Assembly (NCBI GenBank): GCA_033764315.1
Contig: JANRJA010000068.1
Location: 1 to 25,218, forward strand
DNA length: 25,218 nt
Reading direction: 5' to 3'
From: Oculatellaceae cyanobacterium bins.114
GTDB taxonomy: Bacteria > Cyanobacteriota > Cyanobacteriia > Elainellales > Elainellaceae
A program made the position numbers and the translations under genes. The notes under the pieces were generated by a model, which saw only the letters and a program-made list of their open reading frames with translations, made no database searches and was not told where the DNA came from. Of the stretch, positions 7,440 through 17,175 are shown piece after piece (the stretch's first letter is position 1; each line of letters opens with the position of its first letter).

Positions 7440-7504
7440 CAGGATTTGAACCTGCGACCCCCTCGTCCCGAACGAGGTGCGCTACCAAGCTGCGCTACAT
7501 CCCG
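7431..7504 (-). tRNA. trnP: tRNA-Pro (anticodon CGG)
   Basis: CGGGATG...CATCCCG-A acceptor stem, D-loop GCTTGGTA, anticodon arm CCTCG-TTCGGGA-CGAGG, T-loop GTTCAAATC; CCA not encoded. Confidence 0.97.
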
Positions 7505-7699
7505 ACGTGTAAACGTTTCATATAAATTTAGCCTAGCATATAGGCAATAAGGGCTGAGGCAGTCGTCCTGCACTGGCGTGATCTGTGATTGAGGGGTTTA
7601 AATCCTCGGTTTCTAACGATGCTACTCAGATCCCTTGAGGATAATCCACAAAAAACTGGGGATCTGGGAAAAGGGGCGATCGCCCAAAACCCGCACAGC

Positions 7700-7830
7700 G
7701 TTGCGTTACGCTGACACTAACAGCACCCTACCCAAACCTTCACTCTTAAATTCTTTTCTTTTCTCTCTTCTTTCTTCTTTTTTATCCTTCATCCTTCATC
7801 CTTCCTCCCTCATCCTTTCCCCTTCCCCTG
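7700..7830. repeat. GTAG-type REP-like palindrome followed by TCCTTCA heptamer repeats
   Basis: TTGCGTTACGCTGACACTAACAGCACCCTAC, then TTATCCTTCATCCTTCATCCTTCCTCCCTCATCC. Confidence 0.65.
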
Positions 7831-7888
7831 CTCCACTCGTGACAAAATTTTAGTAACTTTAAGAAGAGTAACTTTGTTGGTTTCTGGC

Positions 7889-10800
7889 ATGACTGCAACC
7901 ATTCCCAATTTGCCGAGTCAATATGACCCCGAACTTACCGAAGCCAAGTGGCAGACGTATTGGGAGGAGAAGCAAGTATTTAAAGCTGACCCTGACGCCA
8001 GTGGTGAGCCATATTGCGTCGTCATCCCCCCACCCAATGTGACGGGCAGTTTGCACATGGGTCACGCCTTTGAAAACGCCCTGATCGATACCCTGGTGCG
8101 CTATCACCGCATGGCAGGATACAACACGCTGTGGCTACCAGGAACCGATCACGCCAGTATTGCTGTGCAAACGTTGCTCGAAAAAGAACTGCGACAACAG
8201 GGCAAAAACCGCTTTGACGTGGGGCGAGATGCCTTTTTGCAGCGTGCCTGGGAATGGAAAGAAGAATCTGGCGGCACGATCGTCGGTCAGTTGCGCCATT
8301 TAGGGGTGTCGGTAGACTGGTCACGCGAACGCTTCACGATGGATGAAGGCTTGTCTAAGGCGGTGCTTCACGCCTTCGTGCAGCTTTATCAAGAGGGTCT
8401 GATCTATCGGGGCAACTATCTGGTTAACTGGTGTCCGGCGAGTCAGTCAGCCGTTTCTGATCTGGAAGTGGATAACCAGGAAGTAAACGGGCATCTCTGG
8501 CATTTCCGCTATCCCCTCACAGATGGCTCTGGCTTTGTTGAAGTCGCCACCACCCGCCCCGAAACCATGTTGGGTGACACAGCAGTTGCTGTCAATCCGG
8601 ATGACGATCGCTACAAACAGTTGGTAGGCAAGACCCTGAGACTCCCAATTATGAATCGGGAGATTCCCATCATTGCTGATGAGTATGTCGATGCCTCCTT
8701 TGGTACGGGCTGCGTCAAGGTGACTCCTGCCCACGATCCCAATGATTTTGAGATGGGCAAACGCCACAATCTGCCCATGATCAATATCTTGAATAAAGAC
8801 GGCACACTGAACGAGAATGGCGGCCCCTTCGTTGGACTCGATCGCTTTGATGCCCGCAAAAAAGTCGTGCAACGGCTAGAGGAAGATGGCTTCCTGGTTC
8901 GCATTGAAGACTACAAACACATGGTGCCCTACAGTGAGCGGGGCAAGGTGCCAGTTGAGCCGTTGCTCTCAACGCAATGGTTTACCAAGATTCGCCCCCT
9001 CGCCGATCGCGCCCTTGAGTTTTTAGATAACCAGAGTGAACCCGTCTTTGTGCCTGAACGGTGGACCAAGGTCTATCGGGATTGGCTGGTGAGCTTGCGA
9101 GATTGGTGTATCTCTCGCCAACTGTGGTGGGGACATCAGATTCCGGCCTGGTATGCCGTTAGTGAAACAGGTGGCACCATTACCGACAACACGCCGTTCT
9201 TTGTCGCGACAAACGAAGCCGATGCGCGCGCACAGGCGATCGCCCAATTTGGTGAAGGGGTGCAGCTAGAGCAAGACCCCGATGTGCTCGACACGTGGTT
9301 CTCATCGGGATTGTGGCCATTTTCCACGATGGGTTGGCCCGATCGCACGCCTGATCTAGACACCTACTATCCCACCACAACCCTGGTGACTGGGTTCGAC
9401 ATCATCTTCTTTTGGGTTGCCCGCATGACCATGATGGCGGGTCACTTTACCGGACAGATGCCCTTCAAAACGGTCTATATTCACGGTTTGGTGCGAGATG
9501 AAAACAACAAGAAGATGTCGAAGTCTGCCAATAACGGCATCGACCCGCTCATCCTGATCAAGAAATATGGCACCGATGCCCTGCGCTATACCCTGATTCG
9601 TGAAGTCGCCGGAGCCGGACAGGACATTCGCCTGGAATATAACCGCAAAACCGATGAATCTGCCTCAGTGGAAGCCTCTCGCAATTTCACCAATAAACTG
9701 TGGAATGCGGCTCGGTTTGCCATGATGAATCTTGACGGTCAAACCCCACAGCAGTTAGGCGCACCTCATGCAGGCGTCGATATCGCCACTCTGCCGCTCG
9801 CCGAACGGTGGATCTTGTCTCGCTATCATCAGGTGGTGCGGCAGACCCGTCATGAGATTGACACGTATGGATTGGGCGAAGCCGCTAAAGGCTTGTACGA
9901 ATTCATTTGGGGTGATTTTTGTGATTGGTATATTGAACTGGCTAAACCTCGTCTACAAAAAGAGGTTGGCGATCGTCGTGTAGCTCAACAAACCCTCGCC
10001 TACGTTTTAGAGGGCATTCTGCGATTGCTGCACCCCTTCATGCCCCACATCACCGAAGAAATTTGGCAAACCCTGACCCAAAGCCAACCGGAGACAAACA
10101 TCGGTCATGTTTTGGCGGTGCAAGCCTATCCCACTGTGGATGAGAGCCTGATCAATCTAGAGTTAGAGCAGCAATTTGATCTGCTCTTTGGCACCATTCG
10201 CACGATTCGTAACCTGCGGGCTGAGGCGGAGATCAAACCTTCCGCCAAAATTAAAACCATCCTGCAAACCGAGAGTGTCCGTGAGCAAGACATTCTCACC
10301 GCTGGACAGACCTACATTCGCGAACTAGCCAAAGTCGAGCACCTGACGATTACCAGCACCGAACCTCAAGTCTCAGTGCCAGAGCCAGAGGCGATGCCAA
10401 CCAGTACCGCTAATGAGGCGATCGCTGAAGACCTGGAAGAGCCGATGCCCCCACGCCGCCAACGGTTATCTTGGTTGACTCAAAACCGCAAACCGTTGGT
10501 TAATGCTGTGCTACTGTCTGGGGTGTTTCTGTTGGTCAAGCTCACCCTCGATATTCTCAACACGGTGCAAAATCTGGCAATCATTGCCCCGTTACTAGAG
10601 CTGATTGGGTTTGGCTACACGGTCTGGTTTGTCTACCGCTATCTCTTGCGATCGCGCGATCGTCAAGAACTGGTGACTAACCTCAACACATTTAAAACTC
10701 AAATCATAGGCAAGCTAGAGGAGGCTCAATCCCCTGCGTCTGCCCCATCCACTGCTACGACTCAAACCCCAACCCCAGCAATTCCAGAGCAGCAAATGTT

Positions 10801-11050
10801 TGCTGGAGTCGTGGGCACGGTGCAAGTGTTAATTCCTCTTGCGGGAGTTGTCGATGTCGAGGCACTTCAAGCTAAGCTCAGAAGAGATTTGGCGAAAGTG
10901 GAAGCGGAAGCGAAAGCATTGGGCGATCGCCTCAGTAATTCTAACTTTGTCGATCGCGCTCCTGCGGATATCGTTCAAGGAGCAAGAGACGCACTGGCAG
11001 AAGCACTCAAGCAAGCAGAAATCTTGCAAGCTCGGTTAAGCCGTCTATAA
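7889..11050 (+). CDS. valS: Valine--tRNA ligase with inserted CAAD membrane domain
   Basis: [13 protein letters not shown] (HIGH) and KMSKS motifs, [13 protein letters not shown]-terminal coiled coil; likely start ATG 7889. Confidence 0.98.
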   Translation: MTATIPNLPSQYDPELTEAKWQTYWEEKQVFKADPDASGEPYCVVIPPPNVTGSLHMGHAFENALIDTLVRYHRMAGYNTLWLPGTDHASIAVQTLLEKELRQQGKNRFDVGRDAFLQRAWEWKEESGGTIVGQLRHLGVSVDWSRERFTMDEGLSKAVLHAFVQLYQEGLIYRGNYLVNWCPASQSAVSDLEVDNQEVNGHLWHFRYPLTDGSGFVEVATTRPETMLGDTAVAVNPDDDRYKQLVGKTLRLPIMNREIPIIADEYVDASFGTGCVKVTPAHDPNDFEMGKRHNLPMINILNKDGTLNENGGPFVGLDRFDARKKVVQRLEEDGFLVRIEDYKHMVPYSERGKVPVEPLLSTQWFTKIRPLADRALEFLDNQSEPVFVPERWTKVYRDWLVSLRDWCISRQLWWGHQIPAWYAVSETGGTITDNTPFFVATNEADARAQAIAQFGEGVQLEQDPDVLDTWFSSGLWPFSTMGWPDRTPDLDTYYPTTTLVTGFDIIFFWVARMTMMAGHFTGQMPFKTVYIHGLVRDENNKKMSKSANNGIDPLILIKKYGTDALRYTLIREVAGAGQDIRLEYNRKTDESASVEASRNFTNKLWNAARFAMMNLDGQTPQQLGAPHAGVDIATLPLAERWILSRYHQVVRQTRHEIDTYGLGEAAKGLYEFIWGDFCDWYIELAKPRLQKEVGDRRVAQQTLAYVLEGILRLLHPFMPHITEEIWQTLTQSQPETNIGHVLAVQAYPTVDESLINLELEQQFDLLFGTIRTIRNLRAEAEIKPSAKIKTILQTESVREQDILTAGQTYIRELAKVEHLTITSTEPQVSVPEPEAMPTSTANEAIAEDLEEPMPPRRQRLSWLTQNRKPLVNAVLLSGVFLLVKLTLDILNTVQNLAIIAPLLELIGFGYTVWFVYRYLLRSRDRQELVTNLNTFKTQIIGKLEEAQSPASAPSTATTQTPTPAIPEQQMFAGVVGTVQVLIPLAGVVDVEALQAKLRRDLAKVEAEAKALGDRLSNSNFVDRAPADIVQGARDALAEALKQAEILQARLSRL

Positions 11051-11473
11051 AACCACCGAAAGGCACATTTTATAGAAGCATGATGAGCAAGATTGCAAAA
11101 CTGTCCGGGTAGGCGGGTGCTTGGGTCGTAAAGCTAACATTAGGGCGATCGCTGTTGATCATGGTTTAGCCATGCTCCTATCCGGATGCATGAGTCTGTC
11201 TGATCAATCCATCTACTGGCTAACTGTCAAAAAGGGCAGGGCAATCTATCAACACTACGGTCTAATCCGCTATAGGATTTAAGGTATCTACTCATTCTCC
11301 AATCAGGAAAATGGCTACTTACGGTAGCACATCAGCCGTCATAAGGCAGCTTCATTAGACCCTCGTTTTTCTCAAAATCTCCATATCTTCACAGAATCGA
11401 AACATACTAAGCGAAATCTCTTAGAGAATATGAAGATATACTGTGTTTCAAGGATTGGTTAATCTTTTTATCG

Positions 11474-12070
11474 ATGCTATATCTGGCTCAGGTGCATACA
11501 AAAGATGTTGACGGCAAGACATCTCTAAAGTTGCTTGCTCAGCATCAGTCTGAGCATGCTTGGGAAGTTTTGCCCCAGCCTGAAGTGGTGTATTCGGTAG
11601 AAGCCAGCGACTACAGCGAAGGTGTCTTGGTATTAGTTGAGTTATCCGCTACCCAACAGGTTAAGAGCATAGAGAACGCCACACCTTGGATATTAACTAT
11701 CGTCGAACAATATTTATCTCTCGACGTCACACCAGCGTTGCTAGAGCAAGAGGTGCAACGAGCAGAGCAATGGCGACAGTCTCTGACATTGCAGAGCCAG
11801 GAGTTGGGGCGGCGATCGCTGGAGATGGAAGCTCGTCGTGACCAAATTCAGGAGTTAGAAGAAAATCTCAAGCAAGATCGCAAACAGTTGGAGTTGCTCG
11901 CCACCGAGACAGAAGCCCGTCGAGAGCAAATTCAAGCAGCAGAAGAAGCCTTAAAGCGAGAACGCAATCAGATTGCTGAGATAGAAGAAAATCTTAGACA
12001 CGAGAAAAAACAGCTAGAACTGCTGGTTGCTGAACTCAAAGCCAACGTCAATCACCGCTCGGCAGGCTAG
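11474..12070 (+). CDS. Coiled-coil protein resembling the N-terminal part of HmpF (short paralog)
   Basis: MLYLAQV...LKLLA.....W......G.LVLVEL....QV..I..A and W..SLT.Q.QE..RR..EMEAR patterns recalled from cyanobacterial HmpF; heptad-rich C-terminus. Confidence 0.75.
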   Translation: MLYLAQVHTKDVDGKTSLKLLAQHQSEHAWEVLPQPEVVYSVEASDYSEGVLVLVELSATQQVKSIENATPWILTIVEQYLSLDVTPALLEQEVQRAEQWRQSLTLQSQELGRRSLEMEARRDQIQELEENLKQDRKQLELLATETEARREQIQAAEEALKRERNQIAEIEENLRHEKKQLELLVAELKANVNHRSAG

Positions 12071-12112
12071 ATGCAAGAGTAAAATATTTTTGTACAACTT
12101 CCTCAAACCACC

Positions 12113-12199
12113 CTCACCCCAACCTCTCCCAGAGCGGGAGAGGAATCTAAACCCAGAGCAGGTTTCCTTTCCCAGCGAGAGGAGAGGTTAGGGGATGAG
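12113..12199. repeat. Palindromic MITE/REP-like element between convergent genes (possible bidirectional terminator)
   Basis: CTCACCCCAACCTCTCC ... GGAGAGGTTAGGGGATGAG outer arms with inner hairpin CCTCTCCC-AGAGC-GGGAGAGG. Confidence 0.65.
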
Positions 12200-12251
12200 A
12201 TAAAATGTGAACTGCCCATCCCGTTAACTTCTATTAAAGGTTTCGAGACCC

Positions 12252-14306
12252 TTAACGCATGGCCGCTTTGGGAAGTGCGGCTTGTGGCTGTTTGGCGATC
12301 GCTCCATTGGGAGAACTACTCCGTATCGTTTTAGGAGCATGTCCATTTTGAGAAGTCGTCTCCTCCGCTAACAAAAACTCACGAATGAGATGAGCAGCGG
12401 CTCGTTGCGCCAGTCCTCCGGCAATTCGCTGACCCATTTGTTGGGTTTCAGGTTTGACCAACAATCGAGGAATCAACGGCAGCAATTGAGTGGCATCAAA
12501 CCCAGGGGTCTCTTGCAAAATTGCCAAGATGCGCAAAATGTGGTCGAGATTGTTCTTTTGACCATTCAGGTTGACGGTTACATCCTGCTCAGAAGCGTGT
12601 CCATTCAAACCAAACCGTTCACGCAAACCCGTAGTGAATCGCTTTAACGTCGTGTAGCCAAAGTTATCAATCCCTTTGACGATCTCTTCAGTGAGATAGT
12701 CGCGAATAAACGCCCCACGCTCAGAGAATAAAAAGTCTACCGCCTGATCTAACACCTGGGTCAAATCATAATCCTGGCTATCACGGGCATTCCGCAACAA
12801 GTTTTCGAGTCGATTCCAGCGGAAATTGCCGTCTTTAAACAACAGATCTCGCAGGGAAGACCGCAACTCTGGCGACGGATCCGTCAACAATCGCTTCGAG
12901 ATGTAAGGATATGCCTTACTCAATACCTTGAAGTTCGGGTCAACATTGATGGCGATCCCTTCTAGCGTCACCAGTGAGCGAATAATCAACGCATAGTAAG
13001 CAGGCACCCGAAACGGATACTCATACATCAATTCTGAGAGTTGGTCGGTGATGCTCTTAAAGTTAAGCTCTGCAACACTTGCCCCCAGCGCATTGCCAAA
13101 CACATTAGCCAAGGCAGGAATAATCGGCGTGAGGTTGGTGTCGGGGCTGAGAAATTCCAGTTTCACATAATCATTGGCTAAGCCCTCAAAGTCCCGATTC
13201 ACCATGTGAACCACCGCTTCGATCAAACCATAGCGTTGTTGGGGCTTGACCTCACTCATCATGCCAAAGTCGAGATAAGCCAGTTTGCCATCAGGGGTTG
13301 CCAACAAGTTACCAGGATGGGGGTCAGCATGAAAGAACCCATGCTCTAACAATTGCCGCAGAGAACACTGCACCCCAACATCAATCAGATAGGCAGCATC
13401 GACGCCCTGAGCATGAATCGTGTCGGGTTGAGTCAACTTTGTCCCGGTGATCCACTCCATTGTCAAGACTCGACGATGGGTATATTCCCAATAAATGCGG
13501 GGAACGTAAATATCCTTTAAGTGCCCATAGAGTTTGGCAAACCGTTCGGCGTTGTGCCCCTCATGGGTGTAGTCCATTTCCTCAAAAATCCGGGCACCAA
13601 ACTCATCCATAATGCCCACCAAGTCACTGCGAATGCGCTTGAATGACTGGGTTGCCCAAATGGCTAACTGCCGCAGGATATAAATATCTAGAGTAATGAG
13701 TTGTGCCAGACCGGGACGCTGGACTTTAACCGCGACGGTTTCACCGCTCTTGAGTTTGCCTTTGTAAACCTGTCCTAGTGAAGCTGCTGCAATGGGATCA
13801 GGCGACAATTCTGCGTAGATATTCTCTGGGCGATCGCCCAACTCTTCTTCGATAAACTGAAACGCAAGCTCATTGGGGAAAGGCGGCAACTGGTCTTGCA
13901 GGAGGGTTAATTCTTCTAGATAGCGAGGAGGCACCAAGTCAGGGCGAGTCGAGAGAGCCTGCCCAATCTTGATGTAAGCCGGACCTAACCGAGTCAAGAT
14001 TTCGCGAATCTGTTGTGCTCGCCGGGGTTGGTTTTGCTGAATCCGTCCAGTTTGTCGATCTAACCAAAGTCGCAGTCCAAAGACGAGAAATCCCCAAACG
14101 ATGCTAAAGGCTCGTCCCCACACTTGCAGCGGTTTGTTGCGATAAAAATCAGCGATCGCCACTGGGTCATAGCGAACTGCCTCATCTTCGCCTGCATAGG
14201 CAGACCCCAAGCGAGAGTCAATCACAGGCACCCTCTGATCAGGGTCAACAATCACCACAGGAGCATTAGTAGCAGGATCGATCGCAGGCGAGGTCGCAGT
14301 TGGCAT
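12252..14306 (-). CDS. ABC1/AarF/UbiB-family atypical kinase
   Basis: LGPAYIKIGQALSTRPDL, AAASLGQVY, VAVKVQRP, FFHADPHPGN, LDFGMM; start is ATG 14306 or TTG 14342. Confidence 0.95.
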   Translation of the reverse strand: MPTATSPAIDPATNAPVVIVDPDQRVPVIDSRLGSAYAGEDEAVRYDPVAIADFYRNKPLQVWGRAFSIVWGFLVFGLRLWLDRQTGRIQQNQPRRAQQIREILTRLGPAYIKIGQALSTRPDLVPPRYLEELTLLQDQLPPFPNELAFQFIEEELGDRPENIYAELSPDPIAAASLGQVYKGKLKSGETVAVKVQRPGLAQLITLDIYILRQLAIWATQSFKRIRSDLVGIMDEFGARIFEEMDYTHEGHNAERFAKLYGHLKDIYVPRIYWEYTHRRVLTMEWITGTKLTQPDTIHAQGVDAAYLIDVGVQCSLRQLLEHGFFHADPHPGNLLATPDGKLAYLDFGMMSEVKPQQRYGLIEAVVHMVNRDFEGLANDYVKLEFLSPDTNLTPIIPALANVFGNALGASVAELNFKSITDQLSELMYEYPFRVPAYYALIIRSLVTLEGIAINVDPNFKVLSKAYPYISKRLLTDPSPELRSSLRDLLFKDGNFRWNRLENLLRNARDSQDYDLTQVLDQAVDFLFSERGAFIRDYLTEEIVKGIDNFGYTTLKRFTTGLRERFGLNGHASEQDVTVNLNGQKNNLDHILRILAILQETPGFDATQLLPLIPRLLVKPETQQMGQRIAGGLAQRAAAHLIREFLLAEETTSQNGHAPKTIRSSSPNGAIAKQPQAALPKAAMR

Positions 14307-14394
14307 AGCTCTGGCAAGACTCAAGATAAAAGGACTTAGCAAACCAAACGGAGGTGCAAAGTGAAAAGCAATCTCAGAGCCAGATTTAAATGAC

Positions 14395-14412
14395 TCTGTA
14401 AAGCATTGTAAC
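14395..14412 (-). promoter_or_regulatory. HLR1-like (RpaB) direct repeat upstream of the ABC1 kinase
   Basis: Minus strand GTTACAAT-GC-TTTACAGA versus consensus (G/T)TTACA(T/A)(T/A)-N2-repeat; one mismatch. Confidence 0.5.
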
Positions 14413-14660
14413 AGTCTGTTTAAGCATCCTCATCTATCTTCATAGCGACACCCGATGCCTAAATCGTCAGATTTTGACTGACCTGATCTGAGACTACAGT
14501 CGGCAACATGCCTTTCGCTGAGCCGTGGCAGTGAGGATTGCCGTAGCAATCAGGTTGGAAACACGAACCCTAAGCCTCAAAGTAAACTTCTTCAAACTGT
14601 GTCTTTAAACTTCCCAAACAGCTCTCAAACTTTCCTAAACACCCACTAAACTGAAAGGTG

Positions 14661-14674
14661 AGTACATGTGTTTC
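14661..14674 (+). promoter_or_regulatory. Putative cyanobacterial LexA box upstream of recN
   Basis: AGTACATGTGTTTC versus RGTAC-N3-DGTWCB, one mismatch, 32 bp before the recN ATG. Confidence 0.45.
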
Positions 14675-14706
14675 GTGCCATCCGTTTCCCCGGTCAATGG
14701 TAATTC

Positions 14707-16644
14707 ATGCTGATCTCCCTTCAAATCGAAAACTTTGCCCTGGTTGACCGTTTAGAGTTGGAATTTGGCTCTGGATTCAATGTCCTGACGGGTGAGACTG
14801 GTGCTGGAAAATCTATTATTTTGGATGCGCTGGATGCGGCATTAGGCGGTAAAGTCAACAACCGAGCCGTTCGCACGGGCGCAGAGCGGGCTGTTGTAGA
14901 AGCCACATTTGACCTAGATCCTGCCTTGATTGCGTGGCTCGCTGAGCAGCAGATCGAACTGGTGGATCAAATGACCCTGGTGTGTAGCCGAGAGTTAACG
15001 GTGAGTCTGGGCAACGTCCGCAGCCGATCGCGGGTCAATGGGGTGCTGGTCAACAAACAGCAAATGGAGTTTTTGCGCGATCGCCTGGTTGAAATCACCG
15101 CTCAGGGGCAAACCGTGCAACTAGGACAACCCAACCTGCAACGCGAATGGCTTGATGCCTTTGGGGGTCAAACTTTGATGCAGCAACGCGAACTTGTCGC
15201 ATCTACCTATGCTGCCTATCAACACGCCTCGCAAGCCTTAGAGAGACGCCGTCAATTAGAGCAACAACGGCTGCAACAGTTGGACTTGTTTGAATATCAA
15301 GCCAAGGAACTGCGAGAAGCCAATTTAAGTGACCCCGACGAATTGACCCAACTGGAGCAAGAACGTGAACGCTTGAGCCATACGGTTGAGCTTCAACAAC
15401 AGAGCTATCTGGTCTATCAAGCCCTCTATCAAAATGACAATGGGGGTGAAGCCTGTGCCGATCTGCTGGGCAAAGCAGAAAGTGTGCTGATCGACATGGA
15501 GCGGTATGATCCTCAGATTCAACCCATTTTAGAGATGGTTAGCTCTGCTCTAGCTCAAGTCGAAGAAGCCGGACGCCAGATGAATGCCTATGGGGAAGGG
15601 TTGGAAACAGACCCAGAGCGGTTGCAAACGGTTCAAGATCGAATCGGGCAACTCAAGCAAATTTGCCGCAAGTATGGTCCCACTTTGGCAGAAGCGATCG
15701 CCCACGCCCGACGGGTGCAAGCCGAAGTCGAAGAACTGGCCGGAGGGGAGCAGTCAATTGAGGTGTTGGAGCAAACCTTTCAACAACGGCAGCGTGACTT
15801 GCAGCGAGTCTGTGAGCAACTGACTGAGCAGCGTCATAAGACCGCCAAAGCCCTGGAAGAGTTGTTGCTCAGTGAACTCAAACCCCTGGCAATGGAAAAG
15901 GTACAATTTCGGGTCGAAATCGCGAGTTGCCCACCGACAGCTTATGGAGCGGATCGGGTCACGTTTCTGTTTAGCCCTAACCCTGGGGAGCCGCTACAAC
16001 CCCTGACCGAGATTGCCTCTGGGGGTGAAATGAGTCGTTTTTTGCTGGCTCTCAAGGCGTGCTTTACTCAGATTGACTCCGTTGGCACGATGGTCTTTGA
16101 TGAAATCGATGTAGGCGTGTCGGGGCGGGTGACTCAAGCGATCGCCGAAAAGCTGCATCACCTGGGATTACGTCATCAGGTGCTCTGTGTCACACACCAG
16201 CCCATCGTGGCGGCTATGGCAGATTTCCATTTTCGGGTTAGCAAACAGGTGATCGATCAGCCTGGAGTCGTTGTTCCTACTAAACGAGGTCGCAGCAAAA
16301 CCAATGACAGCCAACCCAATGAATCACCGACCCCTGTAGCCACAGTTGCCGATGATGTCAGAACCGTCGTTCGAGTAGAACCCTTAGATCTGGCGCAACG
16401 TCGAGAAGAACTGGCGCAACTGGCAGGCGGCAAATCTGATCAAGATGCGATCGCCTTTGCAAACTCACTGCTGGCTCAAGCGGCTAATAGCCGTTCGACG
16501 GCACAGGCAAAATATCATGTCCCGGCATCTACCCCAGAGGTCACGACCTCATCCAACCCGACTGGGCCAAGCGACGAGGATGTCCCCACTCCCGCCAAAC
16601 CTGCCTCTGTCTCTAAAGCAAAAGCCTCACGCGCCAAACGCTAA
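14707..16644 (+). CDS. recN: DNA repair protein RecN
   Basis: Walker A GETGAGKS, central coiled coil, ASGGEMSR signature, FDEIDVGVSG, CVTHQP. Confidence 0.97.
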   Translation: MLISLQIENFALVDRLELEFGSGFNVLTGETGAGKSIILDALDAALGGKVNNRAVRTGAERAVVEATFDLDPALIAWLAEQQIELVDQMTLVCSRELTVSLGNVRSRSRVNGVLVNKQQMEFLRDRLVEITAQGQTVQLGQPNLQREWLDAFGGQTLMQQRELVASTYAAYQHASQALERRRQLEQQRLQQLDLFEYQAKELREANLSDPDELTQLEQERERLSHTVELQQQSYLVYQALYQNDNGGEACADLLGKAESVLIDMERYDPQIQPILEMVSSALAQVEEAGRQMNAYGEGLETDPERLQTVQDRIGQLKQICRKYGPTLAEAIAHARRVQAEVEELAGGEQSIEVLEQTFQQRQRDLQRVCEQLTEQRHKTAKALEELLLSELKPLAMEKVQFRVEIASCPPTAYGADRVTFLFSPNPGEPLQPLTEIASGGEMSRFLLALKACFTQIDSVGTMVFDEIDVGVSGRVTQAIAEKLHHLGLRHQVLCVTHQPIVAAMADFHFRVSKQVIDQPGVVVPTKRGRSKTNDSQPNESPTPVATVADDVRTVVRVEPLDLAQRREELAQLAGGKSDQDAIAFANSLLAQAANSRSTAQAKYHVPASTPEVTTSSNPTGPSDEDVPTPAKPASVSKAKASRAKR

Positions 16645-16706
16645 CGGCTGCTTCAGGTTGTGTCGATGCTTCTGAATGGTTGAATTTAGTATTTGGATGC
16701 ACCCCT

Positions 16707-17132
16707 ATGCTTACCGTCATGATGAAATCTGTTCCTGTCGCGATCGCCCTTGCATTAACTGGTCTTGGGACTCATGCAGCGATCGCGCAAACCCCAGAAG
16801 ACGTGCAACGACTGATTGAAACCCGAGTTTGCCCCTCTTGTGACCTCGACAATGCCAACCTGAGCGGGCTTAATCTGACCAACGCTAATTTACGTGGAGC
16901 GTCTTTGATTGGGGCAAATCTCTCAAACACCAATCTCACCTCCGCTGACCTCAGCAATGCCATCTTGAACACTGCCAATCTCAGTGGTGCTAATCTGCGC
17001 TTTGCTACGTTGAGAAATGCGAGTTTGCAAGGAGCCAGAATGAATCCTGGAGCTGATTTCACAGGGGCTATTTTAGATGGAACGGTGATGCCCAACGGCA
17101 ACTTTCACCCCGTTTCACCAGTGGTGCCATAA
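16707..17132 (+). CDS. Pentapeptide repeat protein with signal peptide
   Basis: Signal peptide ending AIA, CPSCDL, and A(N/D)L repeats; start is one of the ATGs at 16707-16722. Confidence 0.92.
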   Translation: MLTVMMKSVPVAIALALTGLGTHAAIAQTPEDVQRLIETRVCPSCDLDNANLSGLNLTNANLRGASLIGANLSNTNLTSADLSNAILNTANLSGANLRFATLRNASLQGARMNPGADFTGAILDGTVMPNGNFHPVSPVVP

Positions 17133-17175
17133 GTAAAGAACAAAAGCACCGTTTTGCTCGTCCCCCTGCTTTTTT

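Noticed and set aside
7388..7853. ORFs 7388-7573 and 7635-7853
   Set aside because: One spans the tRNA and the other translates heptamer repeats.
7859..11039. Numerous short ORFs within valS (and similar ones within recN, the ABC1 kinase, the amidohydrolase and the Ser/Thr kinase)
   Set aside because: Shadow ORFs, antisense or out of frame to well-supported genes, with no recognisable motifs.
11383..11439. Inverted repeat ATATCTTCA…TGAAGATAT as a possible riboswitch
   Set aside because: Only a 9-bp AT-rich stem with no recognisable riboswitch consensus.
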